NCBI GenBank assembly: GCA_020632265.1
Contig: JACKFW010000001.1
Location: 727,272-791,271 of the forward strand
DNA length: 64,000 nucleotides
Direction: 5' to 3'
Source: Pseudomonadales bacterium
GTDB taxonomy: Bacteria; Patescibacteriota; Microgenomatia; UBA1400; PJMF01
Part shown: piece by piece, positions 38,789-49,554 of the stretch
Layout: every line of letters begins with the position of its first letter
How positions within the stretch are numbered: the stretch's first letter is position 1
Made by a program: the position numbers and the translations under genes
The notes under the pieces: model-generated
Databases searched by the model: none
Told to the model about the DNA's origin: nothing
Seen by the model: the letters and a program-made list of their open reading frames with translations, nothing else

Positions 38789-39592
38789 TTAGGATTTCTT
38801 CGCGTATCTTTCACCACTTACTTGAATAACCTTGTTTCTATTTAAGTTACTGCTTTTTGCTAAAGCGAGAGTTTGTGCTGGGAATGGCTTGGATACCATG
38901 TTATCAATTGAGAGTTTGTTGATAATTTGATATCTATTAAGTGAAACTAAATCTTCAGTTGAATATTTATCACCAAATTCCTTGGCAAAGACTTGAGCAT
39001 CTTCAGCTCCCATTACAAAACTCATCATGCTTCCACAGTTTCCAAAAATTGCTTTTTGAACTTCTTCAGGAATTTGAGCAATATATTGATTGGCTAAAAT
39101 TAAGTTTAGTCGATATTTTCTGGCTTCTGATAAAATTTTATTAAATGATTCGGTGGCAAAGTTCTGGAATTCATCTACATATAGATAGAAGTCTTTTCTT
39201 TGTTCTTCAGGTATGTTCACTCTAGACATGGCTGCGAGCTGAATTTTGGTAATCATCATTGATCCTAAAAGAGTAGCGTTGTCTTCGCCTAGTTTTCCCT
39301 GAGAAAGGTTTACTAAGATAATCTTTCCAGAGCTCATTGCCTCTTCAATACTAAAAGAACTTTTCCTTGCATTAACAATATTTCTGACAATTGGTGAAGA
39401 TACAAATTGACCCACTTTATTTAAAATCGAAGCAATGGATTCAGTTCTTTGTCTGTCCTGCATCATATTGTATTCATCAACCCAAAAGCTTTTTAGAATT
39501 GGATCGTCAAGAGTTTCAACAATATTGTCTCTAAATTTTTTGTTGGTGAGAAGTTCTAATATGTCTGAAAGTCTGGCTTGATCAACTTTCAA
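38789..39592 (-). pseudogene. C-terminal fragment of a VirD4/TraG/HerA-superfamily (coupling-protein-like) ATPase. Carries Walker B.
   Basis: YLYVDEFQNFA (Walker B) followed by LILANQYIAQIPEEVQKAIFGNCGSMMSF..., typical of T4SS coupling proteins. TTG start in the ORF track, but its frame stays open upstream to 39740 and overlaps the previous ORF. Confidence 0.55.
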
Positions 39593-39612
39593 TAAGGTAA
39601 GCAGTGAGTTTC

Positions 39613-40983
39613 TTAAAATGTACTCAAGCCTGGGACCCCAAGAATATCCATATAATTTTTTGAAAACTGAAACAATTCCAGACGCAATGAGTTCTCTATG
39701 AGCAACATTTTCTCCTTCAAAGAGATTGAGTTTAAAGTTCTATTTGGATCACTTGGATCAAAGTAAATAACATCATTGATTCTTCTTGAGGGAATATAGT
39801 TTAAAATTGTTTCAATTAGGTCGCCGTGGGGGTCGATGATACATATTCCTTCGTTGTTTTTGAGATCATTAATCGCCATGTTAGCCAGAAGAGTAGATTT
39901 ACCGGTACCGGTTTTTCCGATTACATACATGTGTCTTCTTCTGTCGTCGCGTTTAAGACCATAAACAACATCATTGTTCTTATACTGAGTTTTGGCAAAG
40001 GCATTAATTTCGCCTTTTAATTCTGGATCCATGTCTCGGGTAATAATAGGCAAATTCTCAGGTGGTTCTCCGAGTAAATTTTTTCCCCAAGCAATGTTGG
40101 AAATGGTTGACAATTTCAAATTTGGCATATGTAACAGCGTAGCAGCTTCTTCTAAGGACAAATTGAATTTTGGAGAGCCCTTAAAACTTCTAGACTTTAA
40201 GAGTTTCAAAAATCTTTTTTTAAGGACATATTTTCGATGCAAAATTAAACTATTACCTTCACTATCGGATACAACGTCAAAAGCAGCTGCAAGAGTGTCA
40301 AATATAACCTTGCTTCTTTGTTGACTATCAGAAGAAATGGCTAATCTAATAGAAGTCTTTAGCGACTTACTGTCAAGTTTTTTATTTACTTTCTGTTTTT
40401 GAACACTCAAAATTTGAAGAGGAGAATTTTCATTTTCAGTGTTAGCTGTTCTATCTGTTGTAATTCCAGCTTTCCACTTTTCCGAGCTTTTTGATATTAC
40501 ATATTGAATTATTACTCGATCAAATTCTTCTAATTTTGACAGAGTAGAGAGTATGGCTGACATCGGATCTGTGTCGCTGAAATCTTTGTAGGTTTTGAGC
40601 GGAAGATATTGAGGCTTTTTTAAGTTGAAACTGCCCATTTCGAAGAAATGACTTTTATTTTTTGCATAATTATCGTGGCGGTTAAGAAATCCATCCAATG
40701 AGTCATGATTAATTTCTGCAATTAAAATTTCAGGATAACTAGCAATTAATATGCTTTTAACATAATTAATCAATCTATCTGGTACATACATTTGAAAAAA
40801 TATGGTTTGATTCTCAACAATAATTTCAAAACTAAGATGTTCGTCTTTTCTGAGTAATTTCCAGTGCCAACGATTTTTTAAGTTGGGTAGGGATGCGAAG
40901 AGTTGAACTGCTGATTCAGGCGTATGTTCGCTATCGCGACCAGTTCTTAGTTCGAGGATAGTGTGGCTTGCGGGCATGTACAA
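39613..40983 (-). pseudogene. N-terminal fragment of the same VirD4/TraG/HerA-superfamily ATPase. Carries Walker A.
   Basis: YVIGKTGTGKSTLLANM (Walker A) then IIDPHGDL. No N-terminal TM. It ends 20 nt before the next ORF, in a different frame. Confidence 0.55.
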
Positions 40984-41842
40984 AGTATATCACTTGTTCA
41001 AGTTAACGTATATCAGATTTGTAATCTTTGTCATTAGATTTGCTTCTATGAATTAGTACATATTAGATAAATTATCTTTGACAAATAGGAGACTATTTCA
41101 ATCAAAGTAAAAAACCCGAAAATAGGTAGAAAAATATTAAAATAGTTGTTAACATTATCATCTTTGATTGGTTTAATGTGGATAACTTTTTTATATATAT
41201 CTATAAATTACAAACAAAAAATTATATAAGACGTACTAATTACGCACAATATTAAACTATAGGTTGACTATTTAAATTTTAATAGTTATACTAGGGTAAT
41301 AAAAGGTTTGTTTTGAGGTTAGGGGATTAAAAAAAGCATTATTATCGCTGGACAGACCACGAATAACAATGCTCTTTTCGTTTACATGGCGTTTAATTAA
41401 AAACTTTTAAGAACCATGTGAGTCCAAGATTACTTGACTAGAAACAAATTGTAAATTCGATCTTTATGATTCTAAGTACATCGAATAACATCAAAGTGAT
41501 TTTTTGAACACAGATGTTGTGCGGAGGTTCGGTAGTTGGGCAGGCAACCGAGCTTCCACACAGCATCTTGTTAAGCTACTTTTAATTTTTTCTTTCTTCA
41601 TATTTTTGTTTGATTTTGCATTTTCTTTTGACTTTTTGATGTTTGTTTGTCATAATACCAAGTAGCTTCAAATTTTTATCATTTTTCTTAATATTCATCC
41701 TAAGTATTATATTCAGATTTAGTTTATTAAGTAGAATTTTATTTTTCACTATTTTTTGCAAATAAAATTATCCTTAGTTAATTACTTTTACACCCAGTTA
41801 TTTATAAGTTATTAAAAATTATTATCAATTAGAAAATCTAAT

Positions 41843-43177
41843 ATGACAGATAAAAAATCTGAAAAAGATGTTGTTGAGCCAGTCTCAAATACAACAGTAA
41901 AAAATGTTGTTGAGCCAGTCTCAAATACAACAGTAAAAAATGTAACAAATACCTTGCCAAAGGCAAGTCAAGACATTGTTACTGAGAGCTTGAAAAGAGT
42001 TCCTGTAATGCCTTTAATGAAAAATAATTACGTAAAAACAGAAGAAAATGGCAAGATGATTACAGGATTTCTAGATCTTTCTAGAGATGGACATGGAGTT
42101 TTAAGAGCTTCCTTGACAGGTGAAGATGATTTAGATGCTTATATTTCGACTTCTCAAATTAGAAGATTTGGACTCAGAGCCGGAGATATAATTTCTGGTC
42201 CTGCTAGAGAACCAAAAGATAACGAAAGATTTTGGGGATTACTAAAGATATCAGAAATTAATGGTATGCCAGCCGATGAAGCAAAAAAATTACATCGAGC
42301 AATATTTAATAAATTTACTCCAGTTTATCCTGATTCAAGACTAAAGTTAGAGATTAATCCAGAGCTACTATCATTAAGAATTATCGATATGATCGCTCCA
42401 ATTGGTAAAGGACAAAGGAGTTTAATTGTTTCACCACCAAAAGCAGGTAAGACAACCTTATTAAAAGATATTGCTACTGGAGTTGCACAGAACCATCCTG
42501 AAGTTCATGTTATGGCTGTTCTAGTTGGTGAACGACCTGAAGAGGTAACTGATATCAAGCGTCATATCGCAAGAATTACTGATAGCAAGGGCGAGGTTGC
42601 ATCTAGCAATTTTGACGAATCAGCAGTAGATCAATGTCGCGTCGCCGAGTTAGCTTTGGAAAGAGCAAAGAGATTGGTAGAAGAAGGCAAAGATGTTTTG
42701 ATTCTTCTAGATTCAATTACTCGTCTGGCCAGAGCATACAACCTTTCAATTCCAACTTCTGGTAGAACTCTGTCCGGTGGTTTTGATCCAGCTGCTTTAT
42801 TCCCACCAAAAAAATTCTTTGGAGCTGCAAGAAATTTTGAAACTCCAGGTAGTTTGACAATTGTAGGAACCGCATTGGTTGAAACAGGTTCAAGAATGGA
42901 CGATTTAGTTTATGAAGAGTTTAAAGGAACGGGCAACCAAGAAATCCATTTAGACAGAAGGTTGGCTGAGAGAAGAATTTTTCCATCCATTGATGTTCAA
43001 AAATCTGGAACTAGAAGAGATGATCTATTAATTGATAGTATGGAGTATCTTTCTATTACAACTTTGCATAGAATGTTAGATATGTTGGATAAAGATAAAA
43101 GAACATCAACTCTTATTCAGCAGTTAAAGAAAACAAAATCAAATAAAGAATTTTTAGCTTCACTAAAAAATGGCTAA
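41843..43177 (+). CDS. rho: Transcription termination factor Rho
   Basis: OB-fold/CSD-like N-terminal domain, Walker A GKGQRSLIVSPPKAGKTTLLKDIA, Q/R loops, and a C-terminal ...RRIFPSIDVQKSGTRRDDLL. 444 aa. Confidence 0.92.
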   Translation: MTDKKSEKDVVEPVSNTTVKNVVEPVSNTTVKNVTNTLPKASQDIVTESLKRVPVMPLMKNNYVKTEENGKMITGFLDLSRDGHGVLRASLTGEDDLDAYISTSQIRRFGLRAGDIISGPAREPKDNERFWGLLKISEINGMPADEAKKLHRAIFNKFTPVYPDSRLKLEINPELLSLRIIDMIAPIGKGQRSLIVSPPKAGKTTLLKDIATGVAQNHPEVHVMAVLVGERPEEVTDIKRHIARITDSKGEVASSNFDESAVDQCRVAELALERAKRLVEEGKDVLILLDSITRLARAYNLSIPTSGRTLSGGFDPAALFPPKKFFGAARNFETPGSLTIVGTALVETGSRMDDLVYEEFKGTGNQEIHLDRRLAERRIFPSIDVQKSGTRRDDLLIDSMEYLSITTLHRMLDMLDKDKRTSTLIQQLKKTKSNKEFLASLKNG

Positions 43178-43188
43178 AATAAACTAGT

Positions 43189-44301
43189 ATGGTAAAAATT
43201 ACGCTTAAATTAAGATTGCCACAATTAATTAAGGACGTTTCTGGATACTTTCTTTTTATAAAAATATATTTAAGAAGCAGAGTTTATAAGTGGTTTTCAA
43301 GATTTGAATTATTCAAGGATTCACTAGTTGATCTTCTTTATAAAAAAAGAGGTAAGTATGCACGCCCATTTCTTCATTTTGGCACCATTGGATTAATTTT
43401 TTTGGCTATTACAGTGGGTCCTTATGTTTTTTCTGGTTCTGATGATAATAATGAAGTAGCTACAGATGGTGTTTTGGTTTCAAAGGCCTATGGCTCAAAC
43501 TTTTTTACACAACAAGCAGAAGAAGTTAGATTATTCAGGGGGGGTGAAATTATTACGCACATAGTTGGTGAAGGAGAAACTATTTCTAGTATTGCTCAAA
43601 GATATGGTTTAGATGTTAGTACAATTCTTTGGGAAAATTCTCTTACTGAAACAAGCAAAATAAAACCTGGAGATGAGCTGAGAATTTTGCCAATTGACGG
43701 CGTAAGACATAAGGTTCAAAGAGGCGAGACGATATATTCTATTGGAAAGAAATATAGTCTTGATGAATCTCAGGTTCAGGTGATAGTTGACTATCCATTC
43801 AACGAGTTTTTAAATGATGAAAGTTTTGAGTTGGCAACGGGTCAGTACATCATGGTTCCAGATGGCATCAAAACAATTAAGGCTATTCCAACTATTGCTA
43901 GAAGTGTTTATACAACTCCAGACGCTGGATCAGTAACTGCAGTAGGATCCTTTGTCTGGCCGGCAAGCGGAAGAATTACTCAGGGATATCGTTTTTACCA
44001 CAAGGCTTATGATATTGCTAACTCATCCGGTGGCTCAATTCTTGCCGCAGATAGTGGAACAGTAATTGATACTGGTTGGGATCCTTCGGGTTATGGAAAT
44101 AAAATAGTTATCGATCATGGTAATAGCTATATAACTTTATATGCACATTTAAGCGTGATTCAGGTAGTTGGTGGACAAAGAGTGAACAGAGGAGACGTTA
44201 TCGGGCAGATGGGGAACACTGGAAGATCAACGGGTACTCATTTGCATTTCGAAATTAGACAAAATAGTGTACTTCTTGATCCAGGAAGTTTCTTAAGATA
44301 A
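43189..44301 (+). CDS. LysM-domain peptidoglycan DD-metalloendopeptidase (M23 family)
   Basis: N-terminal TM, two LysM repeats (HIVGEGETISSIAQRYGLDVSTILWEN; HKVQRGETIYSIGKKYSL), and M23 motifs (GNTGRSTGTHLHFEIRQN). Confidence 0.82.
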   Translation: MVKITLKLRLPQLIKDVSGYFLFIKIYLRSRVYKWFSRFELFKDSLVDLLYKKRGKYARPFLHFGTIGLIFLAITVGPYVFSGSDDNNEVATDGVLVSKAYGSNFFTQQAEEVRLFRGGEIITHIVGEGETISSIAQRYGLDVSTILWENSLTETSKIKPGDELRILPIDGVRHKVQRGETIYSIGKKYSLDESQVQVIVDYPFNEFLNDESFELATGQYIMVPDGIKTIKAIPTIARSVYTTPDAGSVTAVGSFVWPASGRITQGYRFYHKAYDIANSSGGSILAADSGTVIDTGWDPSGYGNKIVIDHGNSYITLYAHLSVIQVVGGQRVNRGDVIGQMGNTGRSTGTHLHFEIRQNSVLLDPGSFLR

Positions 44302-44515
44302 GTTTATTGAAAAATGGCTAAGTTTATAAAGAATAGATAAAATTATTTAAAATAGCCATGATTATTAATAACTAGCTAAGTTCATTGGCAAATAGGATTA
44401 GCATATTTATAAAATTTGCTGATAATTTAGGACAAAACTGTGCCAAGTGTTATAATGCAGTTAACACATTTTTATGCGCATAGAATTTGCTTTCATAAAT
44501 AAAAAAAAGATATAA

Positions 44516-45784
44516 ATGATTGATTTGGTTAAACTAATACTAGTTGCTGGCGATGGAGGCTTGGGAAGAGTTTCTTTTAGGCGTGAACGAAGAATAACTA
44601 AGGGTGGTCCTGATGGTGGAGATGGAGGTAAGGGAGGATCAATTATTCTTAGAGGAGATAAAAATTTAGCCACATTAAAAGCATTTCAAGGCAAGGTTTT
44701 GTATGAATCCGAAGATGGTGTTCCTGGTGGCAAGAAAAATAAAATTGGAGCAAAGGGTCAAGATTTAATTCTCGATGTTCCCATTGGAACACAAATTTCA
44801 GTAGTTGCTGAGAGTGGCACTGCCAAAAAAAGAAGAATGTTTGTAGGTATTAATTCTTTATTAAGTAGAGACGATGTACGTTTTGAAAAATACTATTTAG
44901 AAAAAGAAGGTCAAGGAATACCTGCTCGTGATGTTGATAATTTTTATCTTCCTGGAGGGAATGAGCCGATATTACCAGATGTTCAAGAAGTATTGAATGC
45001 AACCAAAGGAGCGCCTTTAATTGAACTTGCGACAATTACCGAACATAATCAAGAAATAGTTATTTGTCAGGGTGGATTTGGAGGAAGAGGGAATGATAGA
45101 TTCAAGAATTCCAGAAACACAACTCCTCTTGAAGCTGAGTACGGAACATTTGGAGAGAAACGAGCGGTGTTATTAGAACTCAAGCTCCTAGCTGATGTTG
45201 GTCTTGTGGGCTTTCCAAATGCTGGAAAAAGTACTATTCTATCTGTGATTACAAAAGCCAGACCAAAAATTGCCTCATATCCATTTACCACCATTGAGCC
45301 CAATTTAGGAATTTTAGATTTTGGAGATTATCAAGTAACTTCAGGATTAAAAGAGGTTGTTTTGGCTGACATTCCAGGATTGATTGAGGGTGCGAGCGAA
45401 GGGAAAGGTTTGGGACACTCGTTTTTAAGACATGTAGAAAATTGTTCAACAATGTTGTTTGTTCTGGCATTAACAGAAGAAGAAGTATTTGATGAAACAA
45501 TTACTAATAAGCAAAAGGCAAAAATTCTTTATAAACAATTAAAAAGTCTGAAAACTGAGTTAAAAAACCATGGTCTTAAATCCGAAAATAGCAAAATTCT
45601 AAAGGATAAAAAATTTTTTGTAAGCATTAATAAAACCGATTTGTATTCAAAAGAACTAATTGCTGAAATAAAAAGAGAGTTTAAAAGTAAAAAAATTGAA
45701 GTGATATTTTTTAGTGCTGCTACAAAAGTTGGAATTGATGTTTTGGCTGGAAAATTAAGAGAAATTATTACTTGTTTAGATTAA
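44516..45784 (+). CDS. obg: GTPase Obg/CgtA
   Basis: Obg-fold N-terminus (DLVKLILVAGDGGLGRVSFRRERRITKGGPDGGDGGKGGSIIL), G1 GFPNAGKST, G3 DIPGLIEGA. There is an inserted segment between the Obg fold and the G domain. Confidence 0.9.
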   Translation: MIDLVKLILVAGDGGLGRVSFRRERRITKGGPDGGDGGKGGSIILRGDKNLATLKAFQGKVLYESEDGVPGGKKNKIGAKGQDLILDVPIGTQISVVAESGTAKKRRMFVGINSLLSRDDVRFEKYYLEKEGQGIPARDVDNFYLPGGNEPILPDVQEVLNATKGAPLIELATITEHNQEIVICQGGFGGRGNDRFKNSRNTTPLEAEYGTFGEKRAVLLELKLLADVGLVGFPNAGKSTILSVITKARPKIASYPFTTIEPNLGILDFGDYQVTSGLKEVVLADIPGLIEGASEGKGLGHSFLRHVENCSTMLFVLALTEEEVFDETITNKQKAKILYKQLKSLKTELKNHGLKSENSKILKDKKFFVSINKTDLYSKELIAEIKREFKSKKIEVIFFSAATKVGIDVLAGKLREIITCLD

Positions 45785-45928
45785 TAAAATTTTCAAAAAT
45801 CTTAAGAAAAAATGCGGGTTATTAAAAACGCTAATTATTAAAATGATAGTGATTAAAAATGCTAATCATAAAAATAAGATTAATCAAAAAATAGGATTAA
45901 TTAAAAAATTAGTTGATCTCCAAGCTAT

Positions 45929-45965
45929 AAAAAAACCACGAATAAAATAATTCGTGGTTTTTTAT
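45929..45965. terminator. Bidirectional intrinsic terminator
   Basis: aaaaaa-CCACGAAT-aaaat-AATTCGTGG-tttttta. An 8-bp stem flanked by A- and T-runs, between convergent obg (+) and the minus-strand membrane/TPR gene. Confidence 0.7.
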
Positions 45966-45989
45966 TAATTCTTTTAGTAAATATTTTGA

Positions 45990-48146
45990 CTAATTTAGTT
46001 CTTCAGACAAATTAGTAGCTGGTTCATTTTCTTTGACCATTAAATCTTGGTCTCCAGGGTTCAAATTAACGTCGGAGCTTGCTTCTGGATCAACTTCAGT
46101 TCCATTATTGAGTGTTTGCTCAATGATCGAAGGAGCTTGGACTCCGCTTGACTCTGGATTTGGAGCTTGACCATTTTCTTGAGTCTGATCTGTTTCTGGT
46201 TCCAAACTGATTCCTTTCTCATTCATCATGGTTTCAAGCTCTTCAATTTTTTGATTTACGATTGTATATTCTTCAGAACTTGGATCAAGAAGAACTAAAG
46301 CTCTTTGATAAGAAATTCTTGCTTCTCTGTAAGCGTCTGGTTGATCAATTTGTTCCAATACAACTGCAAGATTATAATGAGATCCAGCTAAATCAGGTTT
46401 AAGATTGACAGCCTGAGTTAGTATATTAAGAGCTTGCTGATAATCCTTCTGAGTTACAAAAACATTTGCTAACATAATCCTGAGTGTTGGATCATTTGGA
46501 TTGGTTTCAATTGCTGAAGTATATGATTGAATGGTCCATTGAGCGGCATCAGTTGAAACGCCAATCATATTTTCATAAATTTGTGCCAAGCTTGCCCAAT
46601 TTTGTGATTCGATTGAATCCAAAGTTGTAGCTGCTCTTGCTTCTCTAACTGATTGCTGAAGCAGAGAAGAAACCTGTTCTTTTTCAATGTCTGAAATATC
46701 TGCTTTATTTGATAATGCTATGGCAATAAGAGCATTGGTTGAAGCATATCTTCTTCTAAAAATATCAAGATATGGATTCAATTCTACTGCTTTTTGTTGC
46801 AATTCATATGCCTTTACTAGGTCATTTTCTGCAATAGCTTTGGTAGATTGTGCCATGACAACATTTGCAGCGTATGCTCTGCCAGTCAAATAAAAAAGAG
46901 TTGTTACACCAACCATTCCAATAGCCACAGTGAGGAAAAGAGGAGCATTAAAAGAGTTTGCGGATTTATGATCAAAATCTACTTTATTGAGAACTTTTAA
47001 TCGAAGTGTTTGTAACTGCAATAAAGGAAGCCTGTGTTTTTCATTGGCGATTATACAAGCGATAGCTATTGCCTGAATTGTTAAAATTATTGTATTTATG
47101 GGCATTAATAATTGTAGAATTAAACTGGTCCCTACCATGAAAATAACTGGCTTACTTGTTGTTAAGGATCTTTTTTGTAATTTTGCAAACTTATAGACAA
47201 AAAATACCCAAGATCCAAATCCGAGAACTCCCATGGTTGAAAGTAGGGTTAACGGAAAATTGGTTGCTTGAGAGAAAATCGATGCCCATTGATTAGTGTT
47301 GTTCATCCAGATTGGCTTGAATGCGCTATATATATTTGAATAGGCGCTTGGTCCTGCTCCTATAAGAGCTGATCTTGGATTTCTAATTGTATCAAGCATT
47401 ATTGACCAACTTGCATTTAAAGGAGGTAATATTAGCGCATTTTCTTTTCCTGGAAGTAAATTGAATGCAAATATTCCTGCTCCAATAACCAATATTGGCA
47501 ATGTCACTGCAAATAATTTATTGACTTTTTTGGTGGAAATTATTTCTGTTAAAATTCCCACCAAGGTTATACCGATTATTTGAAGGGCAATGAATGGAGA
47601 TCCTGCAAGATTAAAAACCATGCTAGTTGGTAAGTTTACGTTAACTAATTGGTTAAATAATTGAGCTGGTCCAAATCCGACCATTTGCAAAATTGATAAA
47701 ATTACAAGTAATGAACTTGCAATGGTCATTCCCAACAGAAATTTTGAAATTGATTCTTTGGGGATTAATGATCCTGCAAAAATTGCAATGATTGTCATAG
47801 CAATATAAAGCCCTCCCATGCCGAGAAGAGATTCAACTGGATAGTTGGAGGTAAAAAATGTTGAGGCAGTGGCGGCAAGTCCAAAAAGTAATAATGCATT
47901 TGATATTGGACTGACAGTAAACCTAATTGATTTTTCTAAAAAAGTTTTTATTACGAACAAAAAAAGCACAAGTATGGCCCCAAAGAACAAAATATAGCTT
48001 TTTGTGTTGTCAATGAAATTATCGGTAATCGGAATTACTAATAATATTGATGCGAATGCGGTTCCTAATATCGACCACAGTGATATTTGTTTGAAAAATG
48101 TATTATTTTCCATAATTTGTTCTCCTAGAACATACTTTATATTCAC
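45990..48146 (-). CDS. Polytopic membrane protein with C-terminal TPR repeats (O-antigen ligase/Wzy-like family candidate)
   Basis: About 12 predicted TM helices in the N-terminal 430 aa. The C-terminal region has TPR-like repeats, then an acidic tail. Confidence 0.5.
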   Translation of the reverse strand: MNIKYVLGEQIMENNTFFKQISLWSILGTAFASILLVIPITDNFIDNTKSYILFFGAILVLFLFVIKTFLEKSIRFTVSPISNALLLFGLAATASTFFTSNYPVESLLGMGGLYIAMTIIAIFAGSLIPKESISKFLLGMTIASSLLVILSILQMVGFGPAQLFNQLVNVNLPTSMVFNLAGSPFIALQIIGITLVGILTEIISTKKVNKLFAVTLPILVIGAGIFAFNLLPGKENALILPPLNASWSIMLDTIRNPRSALIGAGPSAYSNIYSAFKPIWMNNTNQWASIFSQATNFPLTLLSTMGVLGFGSWVFFVYKFAKLQKRSLTTSKPVIFMVGTSLILQLLMPINTIILTIQAIAIACIIANEKHRLPLLQLQTLRLKVLNKVDFDHKSANSFNAPLFLTVAIGMVGVTTLFYLTGRAYAANVVMAQSTKAIAENDLVKAYELQQKAVELNPYLDIFRRRYASTNALIAIALSNKADISDIEKEQVSSLLQQSVREARAATTLDSIESQNWASLAQIYENMIGVSTDAAQWTIQSYTSAIETNPNDPTLRIMLANVFVTQKDYQQALNILTQAVNLKPDLAGSHYNLAVVLEQIDQPDAYREARISYQRALVLLDPSSEEYTIVNQKIEELETMMNEKGISLEPETDQTQENGQAPNPESSGVQAPSIIEQTLNNGTEVDPEASSDVNLNPGDQDLMVKENEPATNLSEELN

Positions 48147-48282
48147 CTATCATTTAACCCTAGTATCACTCGATTGTAAATAGGTTCAATTCGTGATTTT
48201 TTTGTGATAAAAAATATAGGATGATTTTGGAGTCTCAACTTGAGCTAGATTTTATTACATTAGATGATGTAATATTATTAAT

Positions 48283-48966
48283 ATGAAAATCAATGATATG
48301 AATGGGTCTTTTTTAACAAGAAAAAATTCAGGTTTTACATTGATTGAATTATTAATAGTGGTTGCCATTTTAGCAATTTTGATCATGATGGCCATTTCTA
48401 CTTTGCCAAAACAACTTGAAAAAGCAAGGGATTCAGAAAGAAAAAGCGATCTGCAAAAAATTAAGATTGCCTTTGAAAATTATCATAATGATAATGGTTG
48501 TTATCCCCCAGCAAATGTTTTAAATAATTGTGGAGGTACATCTCCTGCCAATCACGAACTTAGTCCTTATTTACAAAATATTCCTTGTGATCCAAAAGAT
48601 GAAAAACCATATTTATATTTGCCATACGATAAAAATGGTGGCGCTAATACGTGTGATGGTTATAGGGTTTGGGCAAATTTAGAGAAAAATGATGATCCCT
48701 CAATAGTATTGTTGAATTGTGCCGGGGGTAGTGGTTGTGGAGCATATGCTTTTTTTGCTTCAACACTTGGAGATGAAGCTTCAGAATATAACTATGGCGT
48801 TTCTGAAGGTGTGCCCGTATCTACTGGTGAGCAAGCAATAACTCTGACTAGCGGTTATTGTTGTGCTGGATCATGCAATGAATGGAATATTGATACTGGA
48901 GTTTGTGCAGATGGTCCATATCCATCTTATCAAGATTGCGTGGACATAAGTTATTGCAATGATTAA
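48283..48966 (+). CDS. Prepilin-type N-terminal cleavage/methylation domain protein (type IV pilin/pseudopilin-like), Cys-rich C-terminal domain
   Basis: Class III signal ...RKNSG|FTLIELLIVVAILAILIMMAI with Glu at +5. Confidence 0.78.
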   Translation: MKINDMNGSFLTRKNSGFTLIELLIVVAILAILIMMAISTLPKQLEKARDSERKSDLQKIKIAFENYHNDNGCYPPANVLNNCGGTSPANHELSPYLQNIPCDPKDEKPYLYLPYDKNGGANTCDGYRVWANLEKNDDPSIVLLNCAGGSGCGAYAFFASTLGDEASEYNYGVSEGVPVSTGEQAITLTSGYCCAGSCNEWNIDTGVCADGPYPSYQDCVDISYCND

Positions 48967-48990
48967 AATAAAATTAAATAACAGGAAATT

Positions 48991-49518
48991 ATGAAACAAA
49001 AAAATAAGAGCATTTTGGGATTTACAATGATTGAGTTGTTAATTGTGATTGTAATATTGGGCATTCTATCGGTAATTGGACTTGGCTCTTTTACTGCTGC
49101 ACAACAAAAATCACGAGATGCTAATAGAAAAAGTAGCTTAAATGGCATCGCAACTGCTTTGGAGGTTTATTATAATGATCATGGTGCTTATCCTCAGGGA
49201 GTTTCTGGCTCAATTTACGGATGTGGAGTTTCTGGAGTTGAAATATGTGTTTATGGTGCAATCTGGCAGGACGACAATAATACAGTTTATATGGTCCAAA
49301 TACCAACGGATCCGCGACAAAATTCTTTTTATTATGTTTCTGATGGAACAGAATATCAACTCTATGCAAGACTAGAAAATGTTAACGATAGATCGGTTCC
49401 TCAGGTTGGTAATAATCCTGGTGTTTATGCAGTTGCAAGTTCATTTTGTGGTGGATCTGGATGCAATTATGGAATTGCGAGTAGCAATAGTACTTTAGGT
49501 GTCACTGAAGCAGATTAA
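48991..49518 (+). CDS. Prepilin-type N-terminal cleavage/methylation domain protein (type IV pilin-like)
   Basis: ...SILG|FTMIELLIVIVILGILSVIGLGSF; Glu+5. Confidence 0.78.
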   Translation: MKQKNKSILGFTMIELLIVIVILGILSVIGLGSFTAAQQKSRDANRKSSLNGIATALEVYYNDHGAYPQGVSGSIYGCGVSGVEICVYGAIWQDDNNTVYMVQIPTDPRQNSFYYVSDGTEYQLYARLENVNDRSVPQVGNNPGVYAVASSFCGGSGCNYGIASSNSTLGVTEAD

Positions 49519-49554
49519 TATTGGATTATTAATAATATAGTAGGGTAGATAAAT

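Noticed and set aside
40984-41842. A tRNA or tmRNA gene in the long intergenic region upstream of rho
   Set aside because: No acceptor-stem/T-arm (GGTTCGAATCC-like) pattern or CCA-terminal cloverleaf is recognisable by eye. Only a single hairpin is seen, reported separately as a low-confidence structured element.
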